This document shows positions 12,915 through 27,200 of a stretch of DNA of 64,000 bases, in pieces. Within the stretch, counting starts at the first letter, position 1, and every line of letters begins with the position of its first letter. The stretch is from Eledone cirrhosa (taxonomy: Eukaryota). The position numbers and the translations under genes are program-made. The notes below the pieces were generated by a model. That model saw only the letters and a program-made list of their open reading frames with translations. It was not told the DNA's origin and made no database searches. The DNA lies in the NCBI GenBank assembly GCA_964016885.1, contig OZ024764.1:12462001-12526000 (forward strand). Direction: 5' to 3'.

Positions 12915-13635
12915 ATGGAGGGACAGCTACCACAATATACTGTATATCAGGGGCATTAAAATACAGACCCATTGTTATATTACATGTAACTGTGGGCCAT
13001 GTGGGGGAACAGCTAACACTGTATAACAGGGACATTAAAAGAGAGGCCCACCCATAGATGTAACTGTGGGATGTAGAGAGGAGCCAGCTACCACAATATA
13101 CTGTATATGAGGGACATTAAAAGACAGAGACAAACAGACCTTATATTAGATGTAACGGCTGATGTATGGAGGGACAGCTACCGCAATATACTCTGTATCT
13201 GGGACGTTAAAAGACAAACGCACCCTTATATTAGAAGGGACAGCTAACCCAATATACTCTGTATCTGGGACGTTAAAAGACAAACGCACCCTTATATTAG
13301 AAGGGACAGCTACCACAATATACTGTATATCAGGTGTTAAAAGACAAACGCACCCTTATATTAGAAGGGACAGCTAACGCAATATACTCTGTATCTGGGA
13401 CGTTAAAAGACAAACGCACCCTTATATTAGAAGGGACAGCTACCACAATATACTGTATATCAGGTGTTAAAAGACAGACCCATGTAAAGTTATAACTATA
13501 GACAGTATGGAGGGTTAGCTATTACAATATACTGTATGTATATAAGAGACGATAAAAGACAGACCCCTCCTTACATTAGATGCAACAGGGACAGCTACCA
13601 CAATACACTGTATATCAGGGACGTTAAAATACAAC
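12915..13635. repeat. Degenerate 59-80 bp tandem repeat with a 119-bp dimer core
   Basis: GGGACAGCTACCACAATATACTGTATATCAGG..TTAAAAGACA recurs ~10 times. Confidence 0.85.
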
Positions 13636-13649
13636 TCCATTCTTTTATC

Positions 13650-13985
13650 ACAGAGAAAGAGTCTTGCTGCGTATCACCTCCAGCCTCTGGACTGTAAGAA
13701 GATGGAGGTATTCCACCAGCCTGCACCTCAGGAAGAGTACCACCCTCACCATATCACCGTTGGCGAGACAGAACTGAAAACAGTCCGTCATTTCACCTAC
13801 CTGGGGTGCACCATCACATCGGGTGCCAAGATCGACAGGGAAGTCAGCAACAGACTGGCAAAGGTGAATTTGGTAGACTGTACTAACGTGTGGAAGATTA
13901 AACACGAAGCTGAACTCCTAAATACGCTGGGCAGGGCACGTCTCTAGGATGAAGGACCATCGCCTGCCCAGGATCAATCTCAACT
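13650..13985 (+). mobile_element. BovB-like RTE ORF fragment downstream of the RT core; partial paralogue at 16700-16790
   Basis: EVFHQPAPQEEYHPHHITVGETELKTVRHFTYLGCTITSGAKIDREVSNRLAK. Confidence 0.85.
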
Positions 13986-14019
13986 CTCTATAGGCGTTCG
14001 TGACAGGAGGACCAAATAT

Positions 14020-14355
14020 CAAGAAGCTGTGCTGGAGTGTAACGAGAAAGGTTCGCAGGTATGGCTATTTCCAGTCGAGGTGGGCTGCAGGAGATTCTCG
14101 GCTCAATCAGTGTGGAGAATACTCAGTCAGTGGAATGACAGCAGAAAAGGCCTCCTGTTGGCTTTGGAGCAGGAGAGAGGGGATAAGCTGCAAGCTAGGT
14201 GGCGATAATGGGTAATAATTTGGCTACCACTGCTGACCCACCAGCGGGAGGGTTTGCGGTTGATGGTTAAAAGTCCCAATGAACGTAGGACACGGCTGGG
14301 TGACATCAGCACCTGCTGGCCAAGGCTATGTCCTCCGAAGGAGAATGACTGTGGG
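14020..14355 (+). mobile_element. HERO-like RLE retrotransposon 3' end
   Basis: FPVEVGCRRFSAQSVWRIL..AEKASCWLWSRREG plus a 3' UTR shared with 23395-23700. Confidence 0.75.
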
Positions 14356-14489
14356 GCACCTGAGGACGTAATTATGTCTATATATATATCATCATCGTTT
14401 AACGTCTATCTTCCACGCTAGCATGGGTTATACGGGTTTGTCCCATTTAGAGACAAGTTGGGCCGGGTGACCGGGTCTCGCTCGTATAT

Positions 14490-14775
14490 ATAAACTTTAT
14501 TGGCATATTGCAATCGTATCAATATCGATCATCTCAGAGTACAATCAAAATGACAGGGACCCGATCCTACCTCGATATCTCATCAGATATGCGAGTTTAT
14601 ATGTGCATAATAAACACCGCCTGTAACTTTCATTAGAATCTTACCTAACATATGTGTGTAGGTGGTGGGGATAGAGTAACTGTACTGTGGACCCTATCGT
14701 TAAAACACCCGAGAAAATCTCATCGGAGAGACACGCACCCCTAGAATCTGCTCAAGAATACAAAATTAATTTACA
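14490..14775 (-). mobile_element. Probable Penelope-like 3' end/pLTR with a degenerate HHR (14503-14592); paralogue at 27865-28140
   Basis: Minus strand: GCATAT-CTGATGA-GATATCGA..TCGATATT-GATA-CGATTGCA-ATATGC; GAAA and the cleavage site are altered. Confidence 0.5.
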
Positions 14776-16260
14776 ACACTTTCTCCAGCCGCAACCTGGT
14801 GCAGTCTGCGAATAACCCAGGTTCTGCTGCGCGTCGGGCTGTGGAGGCCAAACTCCTCAAATACTGGTCACTCTCCGACAGGTTTGCTGTCGTACCCTTG
14901 GCAATGGAGACTTCTGGTGTCCTTGATCCTAGGGCTACCTCCCTACTAATCACCATAGGTGCAGAGCCGGCTACCTGTAGCAGTGGAGACTTCTGGTGTC
15001 TTTTGCCCTAGGGCTACCTCCCTACTCACCACCATAGGTGCAGAGATCGCTACCCCTAGCAGTGGAGACTTCTGGTGTCCTCGGCCCTAGGGCTACCTCC
15101 CTACTCACCACCATAGGTGCAGAGCTGGCTACCTGTAGCAGTAGAGACTTCTGGTGTCCTTTGCCCTAGGGCTACCTCCCTACTCACCACCATAGGTGCA
15201 GAGCTGGCTACCTGTAGCAGTAGACTTCTGGTGTCCTTTGCCCTAGGGCTACCTCCCTACTCACCACCATAGGTGCAGAGCTGGCTACCTGTAGCAGTGG
15301 AGACTTCTGGTGTCTTTTGCCCTAGGGCTACCTCCCTACTCACCACCATAGGTGCAGAGATCGCTACCCCTAGCAGTGGAGACTTCTGGTGTCCTCGGCC
15401 CTAGGGCTACCTCCCTACTCACCACCATAGGTGCAGAGCTGGCTACCTGTAGCAGTAGAGACTTCTGGTGTCCTTTGCCCTAGGGCTACCTCCCTACTCA
15501 CCACCATAGGTGCAGAGCTGGCTACCTGTAGCAGTAGACTTCTGGTGTCCTTTGCCCTAGGGCTACCTCCCTACTCACCACCATAGGTGCAGAGCTGGCT
15601 ACCTGTAGCAGTAGAGACTTCTGGTGTCCTTTGCCCTAGGGCTACCTCCCTACTCACCACCATAGGTGCAGAGCTGGCTACCTGTAGCAGTAGAGACTTC
15701 TGGTGTCCTTTGCCCTAGGGCTACCTCCCTACTCACCACCATAGGTGCAGAGCTGGCTACCTGTAGCAGTGGAGACTTCTGGTGTCCTTTGCCCTAGGGC
15801 TACCTCCTTACTCACCACCATAGGTGCAGAGCTGGCTACCTGTAGCAGTGGAGACTTCTGGTGTCCTTTGCCCTAGGGCTACCTCCCTACTCACCACCAT
15901 AGGCACAGAGCTGGCTACCTGTAGCAGTGGAGACTTCTGGTGTCCTCGGCCCTAGGGCTACCTCCCTACTCACCACCATAGGTGCAGAGCTGGCTACCTG
16001 TAGCAGTGGAGACTTCTGGTGTCCTCGGCCCTAGGGCTACCTCCCTACTCACCACCATAGGTGCAGAGCTGGCTACCTGTAGCAGTAGAGACTTCTGGTG
16101 TCCTCAGCCCTAGGGCTACCTCCCTACTCACCACCATAGGTGCAGAGCTGGCCAGCCGCAGGTGTGAGCCTCGCGAGTTGGAATGACTTTTTCCGCGCGT
16201 CTTCCTTGCCGTCCTCCAGGGAAACGCTTTCTCCATTCTGTCCCCCGGGGCTGCGGGGAG
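14775..16260 (+). mobile_element. CRE-like RLE C-terminus interrupted by a 79-bp tandem array (14900-16150, ~16 copies)
   Basis: SAARRAVEAKLLKYWSLSDRFAVVPLAMETSGVL before the array; ELASRRCEPRELE*LFPRVFLAVLQGNAFSIL after it. Confidence 0.85.
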
Positions 16261-16874
16261 GCCATCAATATGATTGACATGTCATTTTATCAGTCAACTG
16301 TTGCTGTCGTTAGATATTTACGGTCTTTGATCTCAATCTTGAAAGAAGTATTTAAATACAGGTAACAGAGCTGCTACAGGGAAAACTAGGAAGAGTTTTA
16401 AAAAAACTACACTAGATATATTTTTTGTGAATAAAAAGAAACATGTTGAATTTTATTATTAAATCCCTACATTTTATTGTTTATTTTCAACACTGGAAGC
16501 AGTAATCCCACTTCTATATGCAGGGGATCTCGTCGTTTGATGTTGATCCGGGGACAATATCATTCGGCACACCCAGAATGACCAGGCAGCCTTCTCTAGG
16601 GACAGTACTGCTTGCTCTATGTGGAGAGGGGTCTAGAAAAGTTGTCCTAAACGACAGTATACAGTATATGAGGGACGTTAAAAGGCAGGCCCATTCTTTT
16701 ATCACAGAGAAAGTGTCTTGCTGCGTATCACTTCCAGCTCTCTAGACTGGAAGTAAGTTTGAAGAAGATGGAGGTATTCCCCCAGCTTGTCTCTTACACC
16801 ATCCAGTGGTCAACGGGCATGTTTTCATGTGGCCGGAAATCAACAAAGAATAAAAGGTAAACACCCACCTTCAA

Positions 16875-19800
16875 TGGACTGAAAACCACATGCTGGAACC
16901 TCAGGACCTTACCTTGCTAGACAGGGTCACCCTGAGTGTGTCAATCTCTTCTAATTCCACACCAACTGTCAACACTGAATGTTGACATCGCTGCTCTCAG
17001 TGAGGTCCACTTCTTAGAGCAAGGCCTCCTACAAGAGCATGGCACCAGATACACCCTCTACTGGTCAAGGTCATCTACAAGAGCATAGCACCAGATACAC
17101 CCTCTACTGGTCAAGGTCACCTACAAGAGCATAGCAACAGATACACCCTCTACTGGTCAAGGTCACCTACAAGAGCATGTAACCAGATACACCCTCTACT
17201 GGTCGAGGTCACCTACAAGAGCATGTCACCAGATACACCCTCTACTGGTCAAGGTCACCTACAAGAGCATGGCACCAGATACACCCTCCACTGGTCAAGG
17301 TCACCTACAAGAGCATGGCACCAGATACACCCTCTACTGGTCAAGGTCACCTACAAGAGCATGGCACCAGATACACCCTCTACTGTTCAAGGTCACCTAC
17401 AAGAGCAGAGCACCAGATACACCCGCTACTGGTCAAGGTCACCTACAAGAGCATAGCACCAGATACACCCGCTACTGGTCAAGTCCACCTACAAAACCAT
17501 AGCACCAGATACACCCGCTACTGGTCAAGGTCATCTACAAGAGCATAGCTAGCACCAGATACACCCTCTACTGGTCAAGGTCATCTACAAGAGCATAGCA
17601 CCAGATACACCCTCTACTGGTCAAGGTCACCTACAAGAGCATGTCACCAGATACACCCTCTACTGGTCAAGGCCACCTACAAGAGCATGTCACCAGATAC
17701 ACCCTCTACTGGTCAAGGTCACCTACAAGAGCATGGCACCAGATACACCCTCTACTGGTCAAGGTCACCTACAAGAGCATGTCACCAGATACACCCTCTA
17801 CTGGTCAAGGCCACCTACAAGAGCATGTCACCAGATACACCGTCTACTGGTCAAGGCCACCTACAAGAGCATGTCACCAGATACACCCTCTACTGGTCAA
17901 GGCCACCTACAAGAGCATGTCACCAGATACACCCTCTACTGGTCAAGGTCACCTACAAGAGCATGTCATCAGATACACCCTCTACTGGTCAAGGTCACCA
18001 GACACACCCTCTACTGGTCAAGGCCACCTACAAGAGCATGTCACCAGATACACCCGCTACTGGTCAAGGTCACCTACAAGAGCATGTCACCAGATACACC
18101 CTCTACTGGTCAAGGTCACCTACAAGAGCATGGCACCAGATACACCCTCTACTGGTCAAGGTCACTTACAAGAGCATGGCACCAGATACACCCTCTACTG
18201 GTCAAGGCCTCCTACAAGAGCATGTTACCAGATACACCCGCTACAGGTCAAGGTCACTTACAAGAGCATGGCACCAGATACACCCTCTACTGGTCAAGTC
18301 CACCTACAAGAGCATAGCACCAGATACACCCTCTACTGGTCAAGGCCTCCTACAAGAGCATGTTACCAGATACACCCTCTACTGGTCAAGGTCACTTACA
18401 AGAGCATGGCACCAGATACACCCTCTACTGGTCAAGGCCCCCTACAAGAGCATGTTACCAGATACACCCGCTACTGGTCAAGGTCACTTACAAGAGCATG
18501 TCACCAGATACACCCGCTACTGGTCAAGTCCACCTACAAGAGCTTAGCAACAGATACACCTGCTACTGGTCAAGTCCACCTACAAGAGCATAGCAACAGA
18601 TACACCCGCTACTGGTCAAGTCCACCTACAAGAGCATGTCACCAGATACACCCTCTACTGGTCAAGGTCACCTACAAGAGCATGTCACCAGATACACCCG
18701 CTACTGGTCAAGTCCACCTACAAGAGCATAGCAACAGATACACCCTCTACTGGTCAAGGTCACCTACAAGAGCATGTCACCAGATACACCCTCTACTGGT
18801 CAAGGTCACCTACAAGAGCATGGCACCAGATACACCCTCTACTGGTCAAGGCCACCTACAAGAGCATGTCACCAGATACACCCGCTACTGGTCAAGGTCA
18901 CCTACAAGAGCATAGCAAGAGATACACCCTCTACTGGTCAAGGCCACCTACAAGAGCATAGCAACAGATACACCCTCTACTGGTCAAGGTCAGCTACAAG
19001 AGCATAGCAACAGATACACCCTCTACTGGTCAAGGTCACCTACAAGAGCATGTCACCAGATACACCTCTACTGGTCAAGGTCACCTACAAGAGCATGGCA
19101 CCAGATACACCCTCTACTTGTCAAGGTCACCTATAAGAGCATGGCACCAGATACACCCTCTACTGGTCAAGGTCACCTACAAGAGCATAGCAACAGATAC
19201 ACCCTCTACTGGTCAAGGCCACCTACAAGAGCATGTCACCAGATACACCCGCTACTGGTCAAGGTCACCTACAAGAGCATGGCACCAGATACACCCTCTA
19301 CTGGTCAAGGCCACCTACAAGAGCATGTCACCAGATACACCCGCTACTGGTCAAGGTCACCGACAAGAGCCTGGTACCAGATACACCCTCTACTGGTCAA
19401 GGCCACCTACAAGAGCATGTCACCAGATACACCCTCTACTGGTGAAGGTCACCTACAAGAGCATGTCAGCAGATACACCCGCTACTGGTCAAGGTCACCG
19501 ACAAGAGCCTGGTACCAGATACACCCTCTACTGGTCAAGGCCACCTACAAGAGCATGTCACCAGATACACCCGCTACTGGTCAAGGTCACCGACAAGAGC
19601 CTGGTACCAGATACACCCTCTACTGGTCAAGGTCACCTACAAGAGCATGTCACCAGATACACCCTCTACTGGTCAAGGCCACCTACAAGAGCATGTCACC
19701 AGATACACCCTCTACTGGTCAAGGTCACCTACAAGAGCATGGCACCAGATACACCCGCTACTGGTCAAGGTCACCGACAAGAGCCTGGTACCAGATACAC

Positions 19801-22800
19801 CCTCTACTGGTCAAGGCCACCTACAAGAGCATGTCACCAGATACACCCGCTACTGGTCAAGGTCACCGACAAGAGCCTGGTACCAGATACACCCTCTACT
19901 GGTCAAGGCCACCTACAAGAGCATGTCACCAGATACACCCGCTACTGGTCAAGGTCACCAGATACACCTTCTACTGGTCAAGGCCACCTACAAGAGCATG
20001 TCACCAGATACACCCTCTACTGGTCAAGGTCACCTACAAGAGCATGGCACCAGATACACCCTCTACTGGTCAAGGTCACCTACAAGAGCATGTCACCAGA
20101 TACACCCTCTACTGGTCAAGGCCACCTACAAGAGCATGTCACCAGATATACCTTCTACTGGTCAAGGTCACCTACAAGAGCATGGCACCAGATACACCCT
20201 CTACTGGTCAAGGTCACCTACAAGAGCATGGCACCAGATACACCCTCTACTGGTCAAGGTCACCTACAAGAGCATGTCACCAGATACACCCTCTACTGGT
20301 CAAGGCCACCTACAAGAGCATGTCACCAGATACACCCTCTACTGGTCAAGGTCACCTACAAGAGCATGGCACCAGATACACCCTCTACTGGTCAAGGTCA
20401 CCTACAAGAGCATGGCACCAGATACACCCTCTACTGGTCAAGGTCACCTACAAGAGCATGTCACCAGATACACCCTCTACTGGTCAAGGCCACCTACAAG
20501 AGCATGTCACCAGATACACCCTCTACTGGTCAAGGCCACCTACAAGAGCATGTCACCAGATACACCCTCTACTGGTCAAGGCCACCTACAAGAGCATGTC
20601 ACCAGATACACCCTCTACTGGTCAAGGTCACCTACAAGAGCATGTCACCAGATACACCCTCTACTGGTCAAGGTCACCAGACACACCCTCTACTGGTCAA
20701 GGCCACCTACAAGAGCATGTCACCAGATACACCCGCTACTGGTCAAGGTCACCTACAAGAGCATGTCACCAGATACACCCTCTACTGGTCAAGGTCACCT
20801 ACAAGAGCATGGCACCAGATACACCCTCTACTGGTCAAGGTCACTTACAAGAGCATGGCACCAGATACACCCTCTACTGGTCAAGGCCTCCTACAAGAGC
20901 ATGTTACCAGATACACCCGCTACTGGTCAAGGTCACTTACAAGAGCATGGCACCAGATACACCCTCTACTGGTCAAGTCCACCTACAAGAGCATAGCACC
21001 AGATACACCCTCTACTGGTCAAGGCCTCCTACAAGAGCATGTTACCAGATACACCCTCTACTGGTCAAGGTCACTTACAAGAGCATGGCACCAGATACAC
21101 CCTCTACTGGTCAAGGCCCCCTACAAGAGCATGTTACCAGATACACCCGCTACTGGTCAAGGTCACTTACAAGAGCATGTCACCAGATACACCCGCTACT
21201 GGTCAAGTCCACCTACAAGAGCTTAGCAACAGATACACCTGCTACTGGTTAAGTCCACCTACAAGAGCATAGCAACAGATACACCCGCTACTGGTCAAGT
21301 CCACCTACAAGAGCATGTCACCAGATACACCCTCTACTGGTCAAGGTCACCTACAAGAGCATGTCACCAGATACACCCGCTACTGGTCAAGTCCACCTAC
21401 AAGAGCATAGCAACAGATACACCCTCTACTGGTCAAGGTCACCTACAAGAGCATAGCAACAGATACACCCGCTACTGGTCAAGCTCACCTATAAAAGCAT
21501 AGCACCAGATACACCCTCTACTGGTCAAGGCCACCTACAAGACCATAGCACCAGATACACCCGCTACTGGTCAAGTCCACCTACAAGAGCATGTCACCAG
21601 ATACACCCTCTACTGGAAAAGGTCACCTACAAGAGCATGTCACCAGATACACCCGCTACTGGTCAAGTCCACCTACAAGAGCATAGCAACAGATACACCC
21701 GCTACTGGTTAAGGTCACTTACAAGAGCATGTCACCAGATACACCCTCTACTGGTCAAGGTGACCAACAAGAGCATGTCACCAGATACACCCTCTACTGG
21801 TCAAGTCCACCTACAAGAGCATGGCACCAGATACACCCGCTACTGGTCAAGTCCACCTACAAGAGCAGAGCACCAGATACACCCTCTACTGGTCAAGGTC
21901 ACCTACAAGGGCATAACACCAGATACACCCTCTACTGGTCAAGGTCACCTACAAGGGCATGTCACCAGATACACCCTCTACTGGTCAAGGTCACCTACAA
22001 GAGCTTAGCAACAGATACACCCTCTACTGGTCAAGGTCACCTACAAAAGCATAGCACCAGATACACCCTCTACTGGTCAAGGTCACCTACAAAAGCATAA
22101 CACCAGATACACCCGCTACTGGTCAAGGCCACCTACAAGAGCATAGCACTAGATACACCCTCTACTGGTCAAGGCCACCTACAAGAGCTTAGCAACAGAT
22201 ACACCCGCTACTGGTCAAGGTCACCTACAAGAGCTTAGCAACAGATACACCCTCTACTGGTCAAGGCCACCTACAAGAGCTTAGCAACAGATACACCCGC
22301 TACTGGTCAAGGTCACCTACAAGAGCTTAGCAACAGATACACCCGCTACTGGTCAAGGCCACCTACAAGAGCATAGCACTAGATACACCCTCTACTGGTC
22401 AAGGTCACCTACAAAAGCATAACACCAGATACACCCGCTACTGGTCAAGGCCACCTACAAGAGCATAGCACTAGATACACCCTCTACTGGTCAAGGTCAC
22501 CTACAAAAGCATAACACCAGATACACCCTCTACTGGTCAAGGTCACCTACAAGAGCATAGCACTAGATACACCCTCTACTGGTCAAGGCCACCTACAAAA
22601 GCATAGCACCACATACACCCTCTACCGGTCAAGGTCACCTACAAGAGCATAGCACCACATACACCCGCTACTGGTCAAGGCCACCTACAAAAGCATAGCA
22701 CCAGATACACCCGCTACTGGTCAAGCTCACCTATAAAAGCATAGCACCAGATACACCCTCTACTGGTCAAGGCCACCTACAAGACCATAGCACCAGATAC

Positions 22801-23370
22801 ACCCGCTACTGGTCAAGTAAACCAACAGCAGTGAGACGCCGTTCAGGAGTGGGTTTCATGGTCAAGAGTTCTATCACTTCCAAGCTTGAAAACCTGCCAA
22901 CAGGTCATTCTGACCACATCATCTCTATGTCGTCCGCACTCAGTAATCAACTACATACCACACTCTTCAAGCAGATCCTGTGGACAAGAACAAGTTTTAC
23001 TTTGATATGCACAGTCTCTTACAGGTCACCCCTGTCGACGATTTCAACGCCGTCGGCCGAGATTCAATAACCCGGGAGGGAGTGCTTGTGAGACAGGGCG
23101 TTGATAACTGCAATGGCAGAGGATGCTCGTTGGCGGAGTTCTGCGAAGAACGTCATCTTGCAGCAGCAGGACAGTTTGAAAACAATCTGGATACACCTTT
23201 GTTCCAAACACTGGCACATCATTGATTATACCCTAGGGCGCTGATGTGACCTGAAAGACCTCTTACATAGCAGAGGGAGGCCCAGTGCGGAATACCACAC
23301 CGACCATCGTCTCGTACGCTGTAAACTAAAGCTCCACTTTAAACCCAAACCAAAGAAAGGAGGGCCCCAC
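16875..23370 (+). mobile_element. BovB-like RTE APE-endonuclease fragment, split by the 46-bp array
   Basis: LNVDIAALSEVHFLEQGLLQEHGTRYTLYWS (16975-17070) continues as KPTAVRRRSGVGFMVKSSITSKLENLPTGHSDHIISM..DFNA..HTDHRLVRCKL (22819-23340). Confidence 0.85.
17021..22817 (+). repeat. 46-bp satellite, ~125 copies, with higher-order duplication
   Basis: CAAGGTCACCTACAAGAGCATGTCACCAGATACACCCTCTACTGGT. Confidence 0.98.
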
Positions 23371-23394
23371 AGACAGCAAGCCCCAGAAGATGAC

Positions 23395-23705
23395 GAGGAT
23401 GGAGGTATACTACAGGGGATTCCCGGCTTACTCAGTATGGAGAATGCTCACTGCCATTGGAATGACAGGAAGAGAGAAGATGGCTGCAGTTGGCAGGATG
23501 CGGGAGGTAGCAGAAAGGGCCTCTTCTGACCTTTAGGGCAGCAGGCGAAGACGGGCAGTAATTAGGTCACCACTGCTGACCTACCAGCGGGAGGGTGATA
23601 CGGTTGAGGGTCGAAACACCCAAGGAAAGTAGGACACAGCTGGGTGACATCATCGACCAAGGATATGTCCACCGAAGGAGAATGAATGTGAGGCATCTTC
23701 TTGAA
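23395..23705 (+). mobile_element. HERO-like RLE retrotransposon 3' end
   Basis: EVYYRGFPAYSVWRMLTAIGMTGREKMAAVGRMREVAERASS plus 3' UTR. Confidence 0.75.
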
Positions 23706-23734
23706 GACGTAAGGATGCCTATATATAGGCATAT

Positions 23735-24045
23735 AACGAAGGAAATGTGGTAAGGAACCAGATGGACCATAACGCACCGAAGTACTCAATACTTAGGGTA
23801 GTAGAGTGGCTAATAGGAACGAGTAGGACCCCGACGGCTGAGCTCAAGCCGTTTCGACGGCTAATTCTGGACTAAATGAAAATTTTTATCCTGGTACATG
23901 AATAGCCGAGCTTCTCAGGGGGTAATTCCATATATGGTAAAAGTGATTGTTACAAGGATTGGTCAAAAGTTTGTTGTTGAGACACATAATTCTATCATGG
24001 CATTTTGTGGAAGGAAGGGGTAGCTGAACTTGCCAGTAGAAGAAA
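23735..24045 (-). mobile_element. Penelope-like pLTR (family B) containing a full-length HHR fold at 23828-23923
   Basis: Minus strand: ACCCC-CTGAGAA-G..CGGCTA..TAGCCGTC-GAAA-CGGC-ttgagctca-GCCG-TC|GGGGT; core deviates from CUGANGA at one position; TA-flanked. Confidence 0.65.
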
Positions 24046-24234
24046 AGGCATATATATACATACATACATATATAGGCATATATATACACATATATACATA
24101 CATATACATATATATATACACACATATGTATATTCACACATATATATATACATATACAAACATATATCTATATACATATACACACACACATATATATATA
24201 TATATATACACATATATATATATACGCAACTCTG

Positions 24235-27200
24235 AATCAATAGATGAAATATGAATCTGCGAGCTACCAAGCACCCACGTGAAGCGCCAACCCAGAGACC
24301 CTCCCCTACGAGTGTCGACAAATGCCCAAAACTCCGAGTTGGTACCATCAATGTAGGCTCAATGAAAGGAAGAGCAGGAGAAATCGTAGAAATGCTAGAG
24401 CGAAAGGAAATTGATGTATGCTGTGTGCAAGAGACTAGATGGAGAGGAGGGTCTGCTAGAGTCCTCGTAGGAAAACGTCGGTGCTACAAATTTTTCTGGG
24501 TGGGAAATGACGATGGGATGGGTGGTGTAGGTATACTACTAGCTGACAAGTGGGTAGATAAGGTAATCTCAGTGTACAGGGTAAATGCAAGAATCATTAA
24601 ACTCAGACTAGTCCTGAATAAAACAATTACCACAATAATATCAGCTTACGCACCCCAATTGGGGCTGCCAGACGAACTTAAGGATAGGTTTTACGAGTCC
24701 CTAATGCACACTACTGCTCTAACAGACGACAATGACTTCCTAATCATCGCAGGAGATTTTAACGGACACGTAGGTAAACACTGCGACGGCTTCAATAGAG
24801 GTCATGGGGTTGGCACAAGGAATGAGGAAGGATTCAGACTTCTAGAATTCTACGACGCCAATGACATGTCGATATGTAACACAAACTTTAAAAAACCCGA
24901 CAACCACCTGATCACCTATAGAACAGGGGAACACTCTAGTTAGTTAGATTTTATCCTCATCAGAGGACGTGACAGATGGACGGTCGTAAACACAAAAGCC
25001 TTCCCTAGTGAGGAATGTACATCCCAACATAGCTTAGTTGTCAGCGACCTCATGGTCAGAACTAGACGAACCCGGAAACAGAGGCCAACCTGGAGAAGAA
25101 AGATCTGGAAGCTGAAATTCCCCTCAACCAGTAACAGATTTAAAGATATTTTACTCAACGCCTACGACAGTAAAGAAGAACAGATAGAGACATTTAATGT
25201 AGAAGAAAACTGGGAGTTCCTAAAAAATAATTTACTAGAGGCGACGGATGAGGTCTGTGGCTGGAGTAAGACCTCAAGCAGGAGGAGAGTGACTTGGTGG
25301 TGGAACAATAAGGTAGATGAAGCAGTTAAGGCCAAGAGACAGGCATGGAAAGAATGGAAGAAAGGGGGGAGCAGGGTACATTACATAGAGACCAAGAGGG
25401 AAGCTAGGCGACAAGTATACTTAGCTAGGAGGGAAGCAGAGGATAGAAAATTCAAGCATGTTTTACAACGTGAGGACCAGAAACAGGAGGTATTCAAGAT
25501 TGCGAGGCAGTGTGTCAGAGATAGTTGTGATGTCATTGGAGAGAAGTGTATCCGGAATGATAAAGGTGAGCTTGCCCTCACAAGTGCTGAGAAGAAAGAT
25601 GCATGGAAGAGTCATTATGATAGATTACTAAATGAGGAGAATGCATGGGAAGAAGAGACCCTACCCCAAGTAGACCCTATAGAGGGACCAGCAGTACAAG
25701 TCAGCAGCAGCGTAGTAAGTAAGGCAATCAAAGATAAGAAGATGGGGAAGGCAACCGGTCCATCGGGTATAGCTGCTGAGATGCTGAAGGCATCTGGGTC
25801 TGTAGGTCACACTATAACCTCACGTATCGTTAACCAGGTAATACTAGAAGGAGCCATACCAAAAGATTGGTGCAGTAGCATCATTGTCAACTGCTACAAA
25901 GGTAAAGGCGATGCACTAGATAGAGGAAACTATAGAGGTATAAAGTTGATGGACCAGGTCATGAAAGTAACAGAAAGAGTTATAGCACAGCTGATTAGAG
26001 ACCGGGTGAAAATAGACGAGATGCAATTTGGGTTTGTACCAGGAAGAGGCACCACCGATGCCCTCTTCCTTGTGAGGTAATTACAGGAAAAGTACCTAGC
26101 TAAAAGTAAGCCACTCTACTTGGCATTTGTCGACCTTGAGAAAGCCTTTGACAGAGTTCCACGTGCTGTAATCTGGTGGGCTCTTAGAAAACTAGGAGTA
26201 GATGAATGGCTTGTGAAAGCGGTACAAGCCATGTATAGGGGAGCAGTCAGCAAAGTTAGGATTAGCAATGAGTATAGCGAGGAATTTAGCGTACAGGTTG
26301 GGGTCCACCAGGGCTCTGTTCTTAGCCCTCTCCTGTTCATCATAGTCCTGCAGGCAATAACGGAGGAGTTTAAGACCGGATGCCCATGGGCATGCTGATG
26401 ACCTCGCACTCATAGCTGAATCTATGGTAGAACTAGAGAATAAATTCCAAACTTGGAAGCAGGGACTAGAAAGAAAGGGTCTCAAAGTCAACATGACAAA
26501 GACTAAGGTCCTTGTAAGGGAAATAGCCTTGCTCAGTATGTAGGAAAGGTGTAGGTAGGAACTCCATTCTCTGCCCCAAATGCAAACAATGGGTACACAA
26601 GAGATGTAGCGGGATCTCGGGAAGCTTAATTAAGAATGTACGATTCACATGCAGCAGCTGTGCTGAGACAGCAAGCAGCAAACAGCCACAGGAAACAAGT
26701 ACCACCAATCTCTGGGAGGGCCCTGTAGAAACAGTAGACAGCTTCTGCTACCTAGGTGACCGAATTAGCAACGGAGGTGGGTGTTCAGAAAGTACAATAA
26801 CTAGGGTAAGAACGGGATGGAAGAAGTTTAGGGAATTACTACCACTGCTAGCTGCAAAAGGCTTCTCCCTCAGAATGAAAGGCAGACTGTATGATGCGTG
26901 TATCCGAACAACAATGTTGCATGGTAGTGAGACCTGGGCGCTGAAGGTGGAAGACTTACGTAGATTAGAGAGAAACGAAGCCTGCATGCTCCGATGGATG
27001 TGTAACAGTAATATACGTGAACGACAAAGCATAAGAGGAATCAAATGCTGTGTGCAGGAGAGGCGGTTGCGCTGGTATGGACATGTGATGCGTATGAAGA
27101 ATGACAGCTGCATAAAAAGGTGCAGAGCACTAGAAGATGTTGGAAACCGCGGAGTGGGGAGACCCAAGATGACCTGGGATGAGGTGATAAAAGCCGACCT

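Noticed and set aside
17223-22100. Long ORFs up to 703 aa (..PDTPSTGQGHLQEHVTRYTLYWSRSPTRACHQIHPLLVKVTYKS..)
   Set aside because: The 46-bp unit is often stop-free and cycles through all three frames; it is a piece of a decayed RTE endonuclease
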